Positions 10,796-22,700 of a stretch of 64,000 nt of DNA are shown here, piece after piece. The notes beneath the pieces were generated by a model. It was given only the letters and a program-made list of their open reading frames with translations. It was not told where the DNA came from and searched no databases. Origin of the DNA: Klebsormidium nitens (Eukaryota > Plantae > Klebsormidiophyceae); NCBI GenBank assembly GCA_000708835.1, contig DF236951.1, forward strand, positions 434,101-498,100, read 5' to 3'. Within the stretch, counting starts at the first letter, position 1, and every line of letters begins with the position of its first letter. The position numbers and the translations under genes are program-made.

Positions 10796-13700
10796 CTAGC
10801 TGTGTGAGCTCAGCCGAGATCGGCCGCCGGTCACTCTTCGAACCTCTTCGTCATACCGATTCTCGTCTTGAGCGGTGTCGTCTATCTCGCCATCGCTCTC
10901 GATATCGGAGTCTAGGTCCTCTTCAAAGTCCTCATCCACAAACAACGCTTCCTCCTGAGCAGAGCATACGAAAGGTGGACTCAGCACAATGTCTGATAAA
11001 ATAGAAGCGTCAATCATTTCCATCACCAGGAAGATTCGGGCAAGTGGGTAGGAAAAAGAGATCACGTACCGGAGCAGAGAGTTTTTTCACCCTATTTTCC
11101 GCGCAGAGTGGTTCTGCTGCCAGGCAGAAATTTAATTCTAAAGTTTTCCAGTGCCGAAAGGTGTCCCCTGCCATCAACGAAGTCTCTTTTTCAGAAAGTT
11201 CTCCAAACCAGGGCAACGGCAAAACAAGTGAGCGAACACGATAAGCAGCCCACTCAAAGCTTTCCCCTCACCTCCAACTCGTCATCCCCCATGTCAACGT
11301 CGAAGCCCGCTTCGTCCTCCTCCTCAGCGCTGAACCCACTGCTCGCGGCCGCGCCTTCGCTCGAACCCACGCCCGCCGCGTTCGCGGCCGCGGTCGCGTC
11401 ACCATCGAAGGCGCCCTCGAAGGCCGCGTCGCTTCCCACGCGGCTGAGCCCAAACCCGTTCAAATCTTCGGACGGGTCGTACGTGCTGGCGTCCGTTGTG
11501 CTCATGACGTCCTCTTCGGGGTCGCCGTCGTCGCCCAACCGGCCGCTCGCGGCAAAGTCTGCGGTAAGCGGAAGGCAGGCTCGAAGCGTCAGAGGAGTTT
11601 GGAGCTCTGTATGTTCGTCTCAACCGCTAGAACTTACGTGTTTGTTCGTAGGCCTAAAGACTGACAACATCAAACGGCGTTAAGGGTCCTGGAAGAAAGC
11701 CTCGCGATTTTAATATCAGGTACACTGAAAGCCATCTGTGATGGTATCAATTTTTTTTCCAGAATCCAATGGAATCGGCTCCAGAGCGACAGAGTCCTTC
11801 CCCCTCTGCCGCATCATCAACTTCAAAGTTGACAATCTTAGCTTAATTCTATTTTATTCTCAATGCGCTTTCAAAAGTACATGACATACCCCATCCAAGG
11901 AACGCTTTTTCAGGCGTGAGTTTCGTAGGCTTGACTGGGCACTTTGTCTCTGGTTTTCGCGGTCAATTCAAATCGAGTATCCACTAGTATTTTCCAACCC
12001 ACTCTTCCTTCAGATCCCGTCTGCATTCCAGATCCCATCTCAATCCTCAGCCCACAGACACCGAGCCTATTCCCACCTGTGTCAATCGCCTTGCAATTGT
12101 GCACCGCGTACAGCAGCTTGGCCCGCAGCACCGCCTCGCTCGAGTAGTTGGGCAGATCCAGTGTGAAAAAGCACGTGTGGGACTGGGGCAGGTGTGAATC
12201 GGCCCGGTTAGCGTCCAGCTGGAGCGTGAACTCGAGGCTGCTGCTGTGGGGCGGCAGCCGGCCGCGGCCCCACGCGAAGGAGAGGAACTTGACGCGGTCC
12301 TCGTTGGTCAGGCTCTCCATCACGTTCCAGAACCAGATCGCCACCTGTCAAGACGGGTTACGGGCTTTAGGCTCCCGCAATAGTAGCGTTGAATTTGAGG
12401 TTAAGATACTGCTTTTCGGGTCTACCGTGAAGACAAGGAACTTGACGCGGTCCTCGTTGGTCAGGCTCTCCATCACATTCCAGAACCAAACCGCCACCTG
12501 TGCAATGCTCTTGAGGTTTTAGAAGGTTGAGAGAAATAATGAGTTAGCTAAAACATGGCTCGAAGCTAACTTGTGCAGGCTTTTTGTTTTCAGAATTTAG
12601 CCCTGGGATCGATGGAAGAGCTGGTGAATGTTTCAGCTTACACGTCTCTTTATGCGGAGCTTCGTGCATACGATTCACAGCACCGCACAGCGTTGAAAAT
12701 AAGAAAGAAAAGAAGAAGAGGAGAAAGAAGGAAGTACTGAGCAGATGTAAGCCCGACGTTCCAATAGAAGGTAGAAAGCGCAAGGACAGCTTTAGACTGG
12801 GGCAAAGAGATGCTCCCCTGTTCATCCGATCTTTCTTGCCAATAAACCGCCACGGTACCCACCTTGTTCTTCTCCCCCCCCGGCATGTTGTACCGCGTCT
12901 TCTTCTTGAGCAGCTTGACGTCGATCTCGGGCCGTCCGCAGATCCGACGCTCCAGCTCGCGCCACGTCAGGATCGGCAGCAGCAGGCCCGGTCCGGACCG
13001 GCAGAACCCCTCGCGCATCGCGGCGATCTGGAGCGTCACCTCGTGCAGCCTATAGTTGAGTGCCAGCTGGCAGTAGCGCTCGCGGTCCTCGAACGCGACG
13101 GCGGTCGCGCGGCCGTTCGGGATGAGCTGCACGGGGTTTGAAATTGAGGGTTTGAGGAACGGGTTTAGCATAACCTTTCATAACCCTGACGAAATGGTGG
13201 TGAGAGTAAGCGGAGGAATGTTGTAATCTGTTTCAGAAAGGTGAAATGGAGCAACCAAGGAGACCGAGGCTCTCAAGAAGATGCCTGTAACCCCCTGTCC
13301 CAATGTTGGCAAAATACAAAAGGAGAATAGTGTTGCCAGCAAGCCTTTCCAGAGTGCTATACCAATATCAAGAATAGTGGCTGGTCTCCTGTTTTCCCCC
13401 ACATATGCAACTTTAAAACTGCGAAAATAAATCCAATCACAAAGAGCAACCAAAGCGCCCCTCAAAACGTTTTGTCGACCACATTCTTCCCACCTCAACC
13501 GTCTTGCTGTCCGACGTGGCGACCATGTACTTGACGCCCCCCTCCGTCTGTCGGACCTGCGCCCAGGCTTTGGCGTCCGCATGCGTCCGGTAAAACTCCA
13601 GGATTCGGACGAACCGCTCGTCCACGCCCGCGAGATCGCGCACGGTCGGGTGTTCCCCGATCAGCTGCTTCCACACAAACGCCGAGAAGTCGAGCTCCAT

Positions 13701-16700
13701 GCTGCTGCCCGTGCGCATCGAAGCGCCCATCAGCGTGCCGATGAAACGGTACCTGGGGGAGCAGCGGGAGCGTTACAGCGGGATATCGCGGGCCCGATCA
13801 CATGCCAATGACACAGCACTCGGGGGGAAACCGTGAGGGCTTCCCTGGTTACGGTCATGTGTGACATGCTACTTTTACAGCTTGTGCGTTCTAAGTTGCC
13901 GGCGACAACGAACCACAGAGAGTACCAAAAGCGTCGGAAAATTCAACACTGCTGAAAAGAATCTGTACGGTCTATCCACGAGCGCCCATAAACAGTCTTG
14001 CGAAAGACAGTAAGAGCATCCCAAAGTTTGGAAACGCTGGATGTGCTAGCTGCTCTGCAGATTGATCAGGTAATCCTCCAAACTCAAAGCACACCAACAA
14101 TCAAACCACAGAGAGGAGGAATTTGCAACATCTTTGATTATTCGAACGCCCGCACCTCCTCATGTGCTCCCAGCTGGTGCAGGCTGGGTTAGGGACCCAG
14201 GTGTCGCGATTGAAGCCGACGTTGTTCCGTCCGTTGGGGCACTGGATGAAGAGCGGAAGCGCATCGCTCTGCAGCTCCGCGCACGCATCGTGCAGCGACT
14301 CGCGGAACAGTCCGCCGTGGTCGGTTCCGCCCTCTCCTTCGAAGCTGCAACCGAGCGGAACGGATCAGAGACTGAGCGGAAGATGAAAACAAGCGGGAAA
14401 CAGAGACTGAAGACTTTGGCACACTCTTTTGGTGATTAAGGGTGCGCGTTTTGTCACCTGATTGTAATTAAAACTTTACGGAAGATTATGACTGGCCCAA
14501 TGGTCGTCAAAGTCAAAAGGGGAGGCTTATCCAACAATTTTCTGCAAAAGCCCTGAAACGGTCTCCTTCCATGCGGGCAAACGCGTTTCCAGCCAGGACA
14601 GAGAGCTAGGAAGAAACTGACATTCGCACAGATAAAATCGCAGGGAATTGATCAGCAGATTGCGTCAGCACTTCGTCAGTCTTACCTGACCAGCCACGAC
14701 ACCAGCCCCGTCCCTTTCGCCTGCGTCCTCCTCAGCGAGTGCCGCTCCAGCCCCGCAAACAGCTGCCCAAAGACCGAGTTGTTCCCGTCCTTTGGCCCCG
14801 GTTTGCTGTTCGCCGCCGTAGCGTGCGCCCGGTTTACGACAACCGACGGCACGTCCCCGTCTTCGTGCATGAGCGCGACGCCCCGGTCGATCATCTGCGC
14901 CTTCGTCTCGGGGAAAAGCGGACCCTTGGAAGTCGCCAAGCGGTGGGCGGTGCTTGCGGGATCCCCCACCAGTCGCAGATCGATCAGCGGCAGAACCGGC
15001 TTCGCCATGCGGTTCAGCATCTTGAGCACGACGAACCGGTCCCGGAGCGCGGTGCGCGAGCGGCGACTCAGCAGCATCAGCTGCGACTCCGCGCTGACCT
15101 GCCTGGTCGCCGCGGCCGTCGTCGCCGGCCCGGGCTGCACCTCCTTGTCCGCGATTTCCGGCGCGCCGGACGGGGCACGTGCCAGGACGGATTCGGACAG
15201 GTCCTCCTCTCCCTCACTCCCAAACAAGTCGTCCGGCTTCAGAAGCATTGGGGTTACCCCCCGAAGGGCCGCCCGTTCACACACGTACAGAACCAGCTGG
15301 GCGTCCATTGCGAGCGACCAGTGTTCATTCTCCCACCCACTGCCCGGTGTAACTAGACTGCGGCGAGACTCGCCGGACCCCCCGCGCTGCCGTTCGTGGG
15401 TGTGAATGTCCTCCGCGACTTTCGAGAGCCGCGCCGCGGCCGCTCGAAGCGTGCTCGCGGCCGCGGCCGCGGACGGAGGCAGCGCGAGCGGGGACAGCAG
15501 GTTGGAGTTGCTGGACGAGCTGCCCTCTCCCGCTTTGGGGGGCCGGCCGTCGCGCGAAACGCCCCCCCCGGCGGAGTAGCGCGCGCTCGGGACCCGGCTG
15601 TTGGCGCGCCCCTCGGCCTCGCGCGCGCGCTCCTCCTCGACCACGTGCGGGTTGTTCACGAGCCACGACGCGGCCGCGCTGACGTCATTCCCGGCAATGG
15701 CCAGCGCCTTCTCCGCTGCCGCGAGGGGGTACCCTAGAGCTGCCAGCTGGCGCGCTGCGTGCTCGATCCCCGGGTCCATTCCCCGCCTCCTGTGCCGGCG
15801 CAAACCCCCGCTGCTCCCGGGCTCGGAGTTCGCTTCCGACTGCCCGGCTGTTTGTCCCCCGGGCGCGATGTGGGCGAAGGTATGGCTGGCAGACGCGATT
15901 CGGACGGCGCCAAGAACAGACCCCCCGGCCGCGAAAACGACCCCCGACGGAATGTCGTGGAAGACCTTCGCCATAATTTCGTCGTTCTTGGAGAAGCGCA
16001 GCGTCCCGTCGTCGGAGTCGAAGTGAACCCCGATCCTGTCCCCAGTTGTGAACGGCTTCAGCGAGGGGTGCTTCTGCCACTCGCCCTTGACCTTCATCCG
16101 CCCCGTCTGCGCGAACAGGCCCCAGGCCTCCCCGTGGTCGCCCAAATAAGTATTCACATCGACCCCGTAAGCGGCGACCCCGACCAGGCACTGATCATTC
16201 CCGACCACCTCAAACTCGATGCTGTACAGTCCAGTCCCGTGCCGCATCTCGCTACTGCACAGAACCGTCGTCTGCCCCCCAAACAACACTCCTTTGAAAC
16301 CCCCGTTGATATAGTCGGTCAGCTCACAGCCCCGTCCAGCCTGCGTCGGATCAAAGAACACTTCCACCGATTGCGTGGTCAGCGCCTGGGTTCCGGCCCG
16401 CCCCTCGAGGATCGCGACGAACCAGTCCGGTAACGGTTCCATCTTCCACATGGATTCCAGGAGCTCCACCAACCGGTTGTAGCTCTGCAGCCAGTCGGGG
16501 CGCGGGAGGGAGGCCAGCGTGATACCCAGTTGGCCGTCGGCGGTCTTCGGGTCCAGCGGAGTGTTGCGGTGCTCCAGAATGGAGCACAGCTCAACCAAGG
16601 CCTGTCATCCGAATCTTGGTTAGCTTACGTTTGTCACTGGAGCCAGCTCATTGTGAGTGGCCATTCCGTGGGAGTAAGGGTCTTTTTAACGAGCGTCAGT

Positions 16701-19700
16701 TGACGGCAAAATTTACAAAGGATCTGACCATCTGGCATCGACATTATGTAGTTTGAAGGCGTCATTATGGCTGCGAGGAAGAGGCTGGCTACTTTGGATC
16801 ACGGAAAGGCTCCGTCGAAACAGCCAGAGGGTAAAGAAATAAATGATGATGTGCACCCTCTAAAAGCGCGAATAGTTTTGCAAAGCGATTGCTTTCAAGC
16901 TTGGGGAGTAGGAAACCAAAATTGAACATGAGTCACGGCTTTCTGACCTCACAACTCACAACCAGATTACAGCAACGTTTGATCAGAACTCAAGCACCTT
17001 TCAGCAGCACAGCTACGCAGCCCCCAACGAGATGACCAGAAAAGCAGCGGTACTTGCCATAGTCACATCAAGCACACCTCAACAGAACCGACGTCATCAT
17101 CTTTTTCGAGGTGCGGTTTCCAAGCAGCCCGCGTTCGCCCCTGGCCTCACCTGGAGGTACGGCGAGAAGAGCACGCGGCTCTTGCCCACGTTCTTGCGCT
17201 CCATCTCGTGCTGCTTCAGCATCGCCCGGTACATCAGCCGCACGGCCCTCTGCGTCCCCTCGGACGGCGCCAGCGTGTCGCCCTTCTCCGCCCAGTTGAC
17301 CCCCTCGGACAGAGTGCGCGCGAGCGCGCGCAAGAGTCGCGTGCGGCACGGGATCGGGAGGCTCGGTAGCGCGCAAACCACGGCCTCGAGCAGCGATGAA
17401 GTGCCCGGGGGGACCCCCCGGGCCGAGATGACGCCCAGGACTGACGTCACCAGCCACTCGACATAGCCCACGTGGACCGCGCCCGCGGCCGCGGCGTCGG
17501 CCTCGCTCAAACCCGCCAAACCCTTGCCGCTCTCGTCGGCCGTCGGGCGCACCACGAACTTGTACCCGTACGCGGTCTCGCTGTCGTCGCTGACGAACTC
17601 CAAGTGGAACGTGTTTTTCGGGATTTGTAACTCCTGCTCCCAGCACGGACCGTTCATCCAGTCGGAGAAGATCTGGCCGTTGATCCGCAGCTCGTCGGAG
17701 TTCCGCTCCACGGAGCACTTTCCGTCGAAGTGAACGGACAGCCCGGTCGCGCCATTCAACGTCACGTTCTCCAACCCCCGCTCGTTGTCCGTATACTCGT
17801 GCAGCGACTCAAAGGTCACCATCTTGATCGGCTGCGCGGCCGCGGCCGCGGTCGGCGCCCCGATCGCCTCCACGGTAAACGCGTAGCCCCACTTTTTGGG
17901 TCCCCGGGAATCCGTTTTGATCTTGTAGTAGAACGAGCTCCCGTTGATGATGAGCGGTTCCGACCACATAGGAGCTGCGGGCTCGTTTCCTTCCGCTTTG
18001 CCCGAGTTGTAGTCTTTGAAGCACACGCGCAGCGGCGGGGTCGCCCTCCTGAGGCTGGCGGAGTCCTTGAAAAAGGCGAGCACGTCGGCGCCGGTGTTGC
18101 AACGCGAGTTGAAAGTGACGCGCAGATGCTGGGCGCCCAGAATGCGGACCTGCGGACACAGGCCAGCGGGATCAGTCTTATACTACACACCGAAAATTTG
18201 CGACGGTATTTATTGCTACAGGTTAAACGAGCTTTGTGAAAAGGTCACCGTATCGTCTGGGTCCATTTTGCGGGACAGCCGTCTGAAGTGCGGATTCTCC
18301 AGGGAGACGGGACGCCGGAAGTAACTTCAAATCCAGGCGGCGGAATAGGAGTCAAAAATCAGCCGCGTTTGATCGAAGGTTGAGATAGAAGACCTTGTTG
18401 TACGAGTCCTTCACACTGACGGGCCTCTATGACTTTGAATTGGCTGTCAATCCAGAAATTCAGAATGAGCAGAAGTGCTGAGGAATTATTCCTGGAAAGA
18501 AATCAAACATCCACGTCAGAAGAAATTTCCATTGGTGATTCAAGTGGTCTTGCAACTTCCCTATAAACCTGAAAGTTGCTGCTGGGCCAGATAACCTGGA
18601 AGGAGGCGTAAACTGAACGGCGGTCCTGAGTACCACACTGCTGAACATCTTAATTATCCAACCTGGAGTCTGCGTCTTGCTTCTGAGAATCCTCTGTTCT
18701 GACTCTTCCCAGCTGCACGCTCATCGACTTCCTTCCCAGGAACTTTGGCAAATATTCCTTAGAACCTCCCTTCAATATTGATCAGGATGTTGTGAGTTCA
18801 ACTTGCTTCCAGAAAAGTGAACTTTTCCCTACTGCAACCAACAACTGGAAGCCAAACTCGGCCTTCCCACCTTTCGAATGACCCGCTGGGCCGCCTCGTA
18901 CGGATGCTGCGACTCGATCGTCACAGAGTTCACCGCGGGCGCGTGCGCGACGCCCCCGCTCTCCACAATCTTCTGCAGACTCCGTTCGCACACCCGGCTC
19001 AGCTCCTTGAGAGTCGCGTCCGCTTGACTTGACCCCAGAGTCGGGTCCCCGCTCAGGCTCTGCAAGCTGCCAAACGCCTGGCCCCGCTTCTGGGCCCACG
19101 CGGTAAACAGCCGGTTAAGGGTTCGGGTTAGCTGCTTGGGCGACGCAGCCGCGGCGAGGTCGCGCACGCGCGGCCGCTGCTTCGAGTCCGCCGAGAAGAA
19201 CATGGGGCGCGTCACCGCGAGCAGCTCCGTGACGGTCAGCTTTCCGGCGGATTCCGGCTCCGCCTCGAGGTAGCGGAGCAGGGCGAGGCGCGAGTAGTAG
19301 ACGAAGAGCGCGTCCTCCGCGGCCGCGACTTCGACCGCGGCCTGCAGCGGGTCGCGCACCGCCAGCTGCTTGTTGGCATACGCGGCGTCCACCCAGCTGG
19401 CCTTCTCCGCTTTTGGGTCGCCCTTTGACACCCCCCCGGACTCGGAACCGCTCCCGTTACTGCTGCGGCGCGCGTGCCTCTCTTCCTCGTCGTGAGTGTG
19501 AAGCGCGCCGAGTTTCTCAAACGCGGGGGGATCTTGTAACCACTCCGCGAGTTCCGCGTCCCCGCTTTGGGGGGATGCAACGCTACTACTGGACCGCCTC
19601 CGCCGTCCCCCTATTTTCTGGTCCTCCTCTTTCCGCCCCTGACTCGTCAACCACTGCGCGGCCTCGCCAAGATTCCCGCCAGCTTTGATCACGGCCCGCT

Positions 19701-22700
19701 TGCAGAGGTCTTCCGCAAAGCCGACGTCACACAGGTCGTCAGCCATGCGGTTCACCTCGTCGAGGGCGTTCGGGAGCGGCGACGCGCGCAGACTGAGCGC
19801 GAGCGTTTTGGCCGCCAGCTCATCGACCGTCAGCTCAAGCGGCACGTCGGTCAGCTGCGACGCGGCCGCGACCAGTATGGGGAGGACACGTGGGTCTTTC
19901 AGGAGGCACTCCCGCTCGGTCGACGTGGCGAGCAGCTCGTAGAACGCCTTCATCATGCGCGCGCGCATCACGTGCGCGCCCAAAGGAAGCGCGCCCAAAT
20001 CGAAGCCCTCCGAGTGCAGCGCTGCGGACTTCACCCACGCCTCGAGGAAGATCGACGGCAGGCGTGCCGCCACCTGGCTCCAAGAGACCTCCTTTCCCTG
20101 CTCTCCCGCCAGCGCCTTGGGCCGGACGATCTCCCCGGGGGGCTTGTTCGCCTGGGCCACGCAACCCCCCAGCATGAGGACGGCCGGGAGGGCCACCGCA
20201 GGCGGCTCAGGAACCACTTCCTGCGTGCTTTCCAGGTCGGTGCGGGGCAGTTCTTGCCAGGAAGTGGCCCGGCTCGGATCCCCGATCGTGCCGTATCTAA
20301 CGAAGACCAGCCCCGCTGACGCAGGCAAAGCGCTCAGCAGCACCCCGTGCGGTCGAACCGGAAGAGTGGTCGGTGGAGGAGAACCGGGAGAAGGGCTCGG
20401 GTGGACCATAGCATGGGAAGCATGCGGACCTCGCCGCCCGGGGGCATGAACCGAGGACAGGCTCTCTTTGAGCAGGGCGATGCTCTGCGCGTGCCACTGC
20501 TGCCCGGTCGCAAAGAGCGTCGAAAGCGGGCATGAAACTTCCTCCCCCTCGGAAACCAGGCGCATCAGCCCCTCGGGGTACTCGAACGTTTCCAACGAGT
20601 ACGTCCGGCACTCCCCGGTCGACATGTAACTAGGCTGGGCGTTTTGGTCGGGGGACGTGGGCCGGGAGGCGGTCGGGGTCCCGGTCCCCGACCGCACGCC
20701 GACGACGATCGCGTTCAATAGCGTTTGGAGCTCCTGCTCGGCACGTGCCCCGTACAGAGTGACCAGCCCGCGGTCGGTGTCCGCCGGAAGGCTCTCCTTT
20801 CCGGTGCGCCACCAGAAGGAGACGCAGTCATAAGTGCCCGGTTGGCCGGACCCGTTCGCCCCGGGCAGGGGGGGCAGGAGCTGCTGGATCGACGCCTGGA
20901 GGGCGCGCCCGATGACGGGCGCCCACATCGGACGGTCCAGAAGCTCCCGGAGGAGCGCGAGCAGCCCGGAGCGAACCGCGAGGCTACACGTGTCCACGGA
21001 GACGACGCCCGGGAAGTCGGCGCCGAGATTGATTGGATGCAGTAGCCGCGCCTCAGGAGAGTTCTCCGCGGTGATCTGGAGAATCTCATCCACGATCCGC
21101 TTGAGGTCTTCCTCCCCCAGTCCGTCCCACCGGCCGAGAACCACGGTCAGCAGCCGTAACCCCTCTAACCGCAACCCGTCGCCGCACTGCAACGTCGCGA
21201 CGACGCGCAGGAGCAGCGACAGCCACTTGGGCGCGTAGAGGTGACGTAAGCTGACGCTCTTGGGGTGACAGCTGGCGCAGATTGCGGAGAGGAGCGACTT
21301 GAGCGTTGCGCGGCTGTCGCCGATTGGGCCCGCCGCGGTGACCCCCCAGCAGCGGATTCCGTGCACGCGGGTGTCGATTCCGCGCCCGATCGTGCTCTTG
21401 ATGTTGATCTGGATCACGCGCATCCCCTCCATGGGCTGCGTCACTAGGTCCGCTTGGATGACGCGGCCGCCGGCTTCGAAGCTGCGGAGCGGAGCAGAGA
21501 GGTTTTAGAGAGGTTTTAGACGGGAGAGCTGGGCGGAAAGAGGATGACGGGGCGGCCCGCGTCGAAACTGCGGAATGGAGCTGAGGAGTTTTAGAGAGTC
21601 TTTGCACGAGAGGCCTGAGAGAGCTTTGGAAAGACTATTTGGTAAACGCAGACGAACGTTCACGGAAAAGGGTCTTCGGCCAATTGTGACGGCTTTGTCG
21701 ATTGGATGCCCGCGGATAAGCTCTTTCGTTCTTTCGTGGTCGTTCTATCCAAATTGGGCATATGGTACAAAACTTCCGGTCGTTTTGCGCGTCTACGTTG
21801 TATTTGGCGGTTTGATCTATGATACAGACGTTGAAGCACACTCAGGTCGAAAAGCATCTAAAGACCAAACCCTGAATACTCCGCGCCATCCAGGTCAGAG
21901 GCAATACGAGAAACTACAAGACTGTGAATCAATACAGAACCGCCATGTTAAATCAGCTCCGCCTGAAGAGCACTGCATTCAGCCTTGCAAGCCTTCTTCC
22001 TGCCCTTCTTTACCGAGGAATATTCAAGACCTGTCCAGACGCCACGTGTCTCACCGTCGCTTCGCGAGCCCCGCCAGGCTGACGTCCGCCAGCTGGTGCA
22101 TCGTGGTGCTATCGGACGCTCCTCGTACGATCACGTTGTCCGGACAGTAGCTGACCTCCCGGCAGTCCGCCAGGATCGCGAGCCGCGTCAGCGTGACGCC
22201 CTTTGCCACGTGGAGGCGAATCCAGTGGGTGGCCTCCGGCCCACTGGACTGCCAGTAGTTCTCGGTGCCGGGCTCGAGCAGACTCGCCGCGCTGGAAGGG
22301 TTGGACGACACCTGGGCAGCCGCAATAATCTGGCATGTCAAAGAGGTCTAAGGTAGCGGTACAGGAAGGAGCACGGATTCAAAGAGCAGGTTTGATTTTA
22401 AAATCGTGTGATTGAGCGAAGACTGCCCAAAATTATGTGTTTGGAGCTCAAGGTACCCCTACATTCTGCAGAAAGCATCCATCTCGCTGCTCGAGAAAAA
22501 CCCCAGCATTTCGGCGTGTTGAAATTGTCCACATGCTACCGATCTTCGAGCCGTCAAGCTTTCATTTCCAACCCAGACATCAGTGTGTTTCCTTGACGCC
22601 ACATTCGCGACCTTTCTCGATCTTTTCCGTCCCTTATTTCCAGAATAAACTGCCTACAAATGGATTCCTCTCTGGTTCAGCCCAACGTTTTTTTGCTTCC

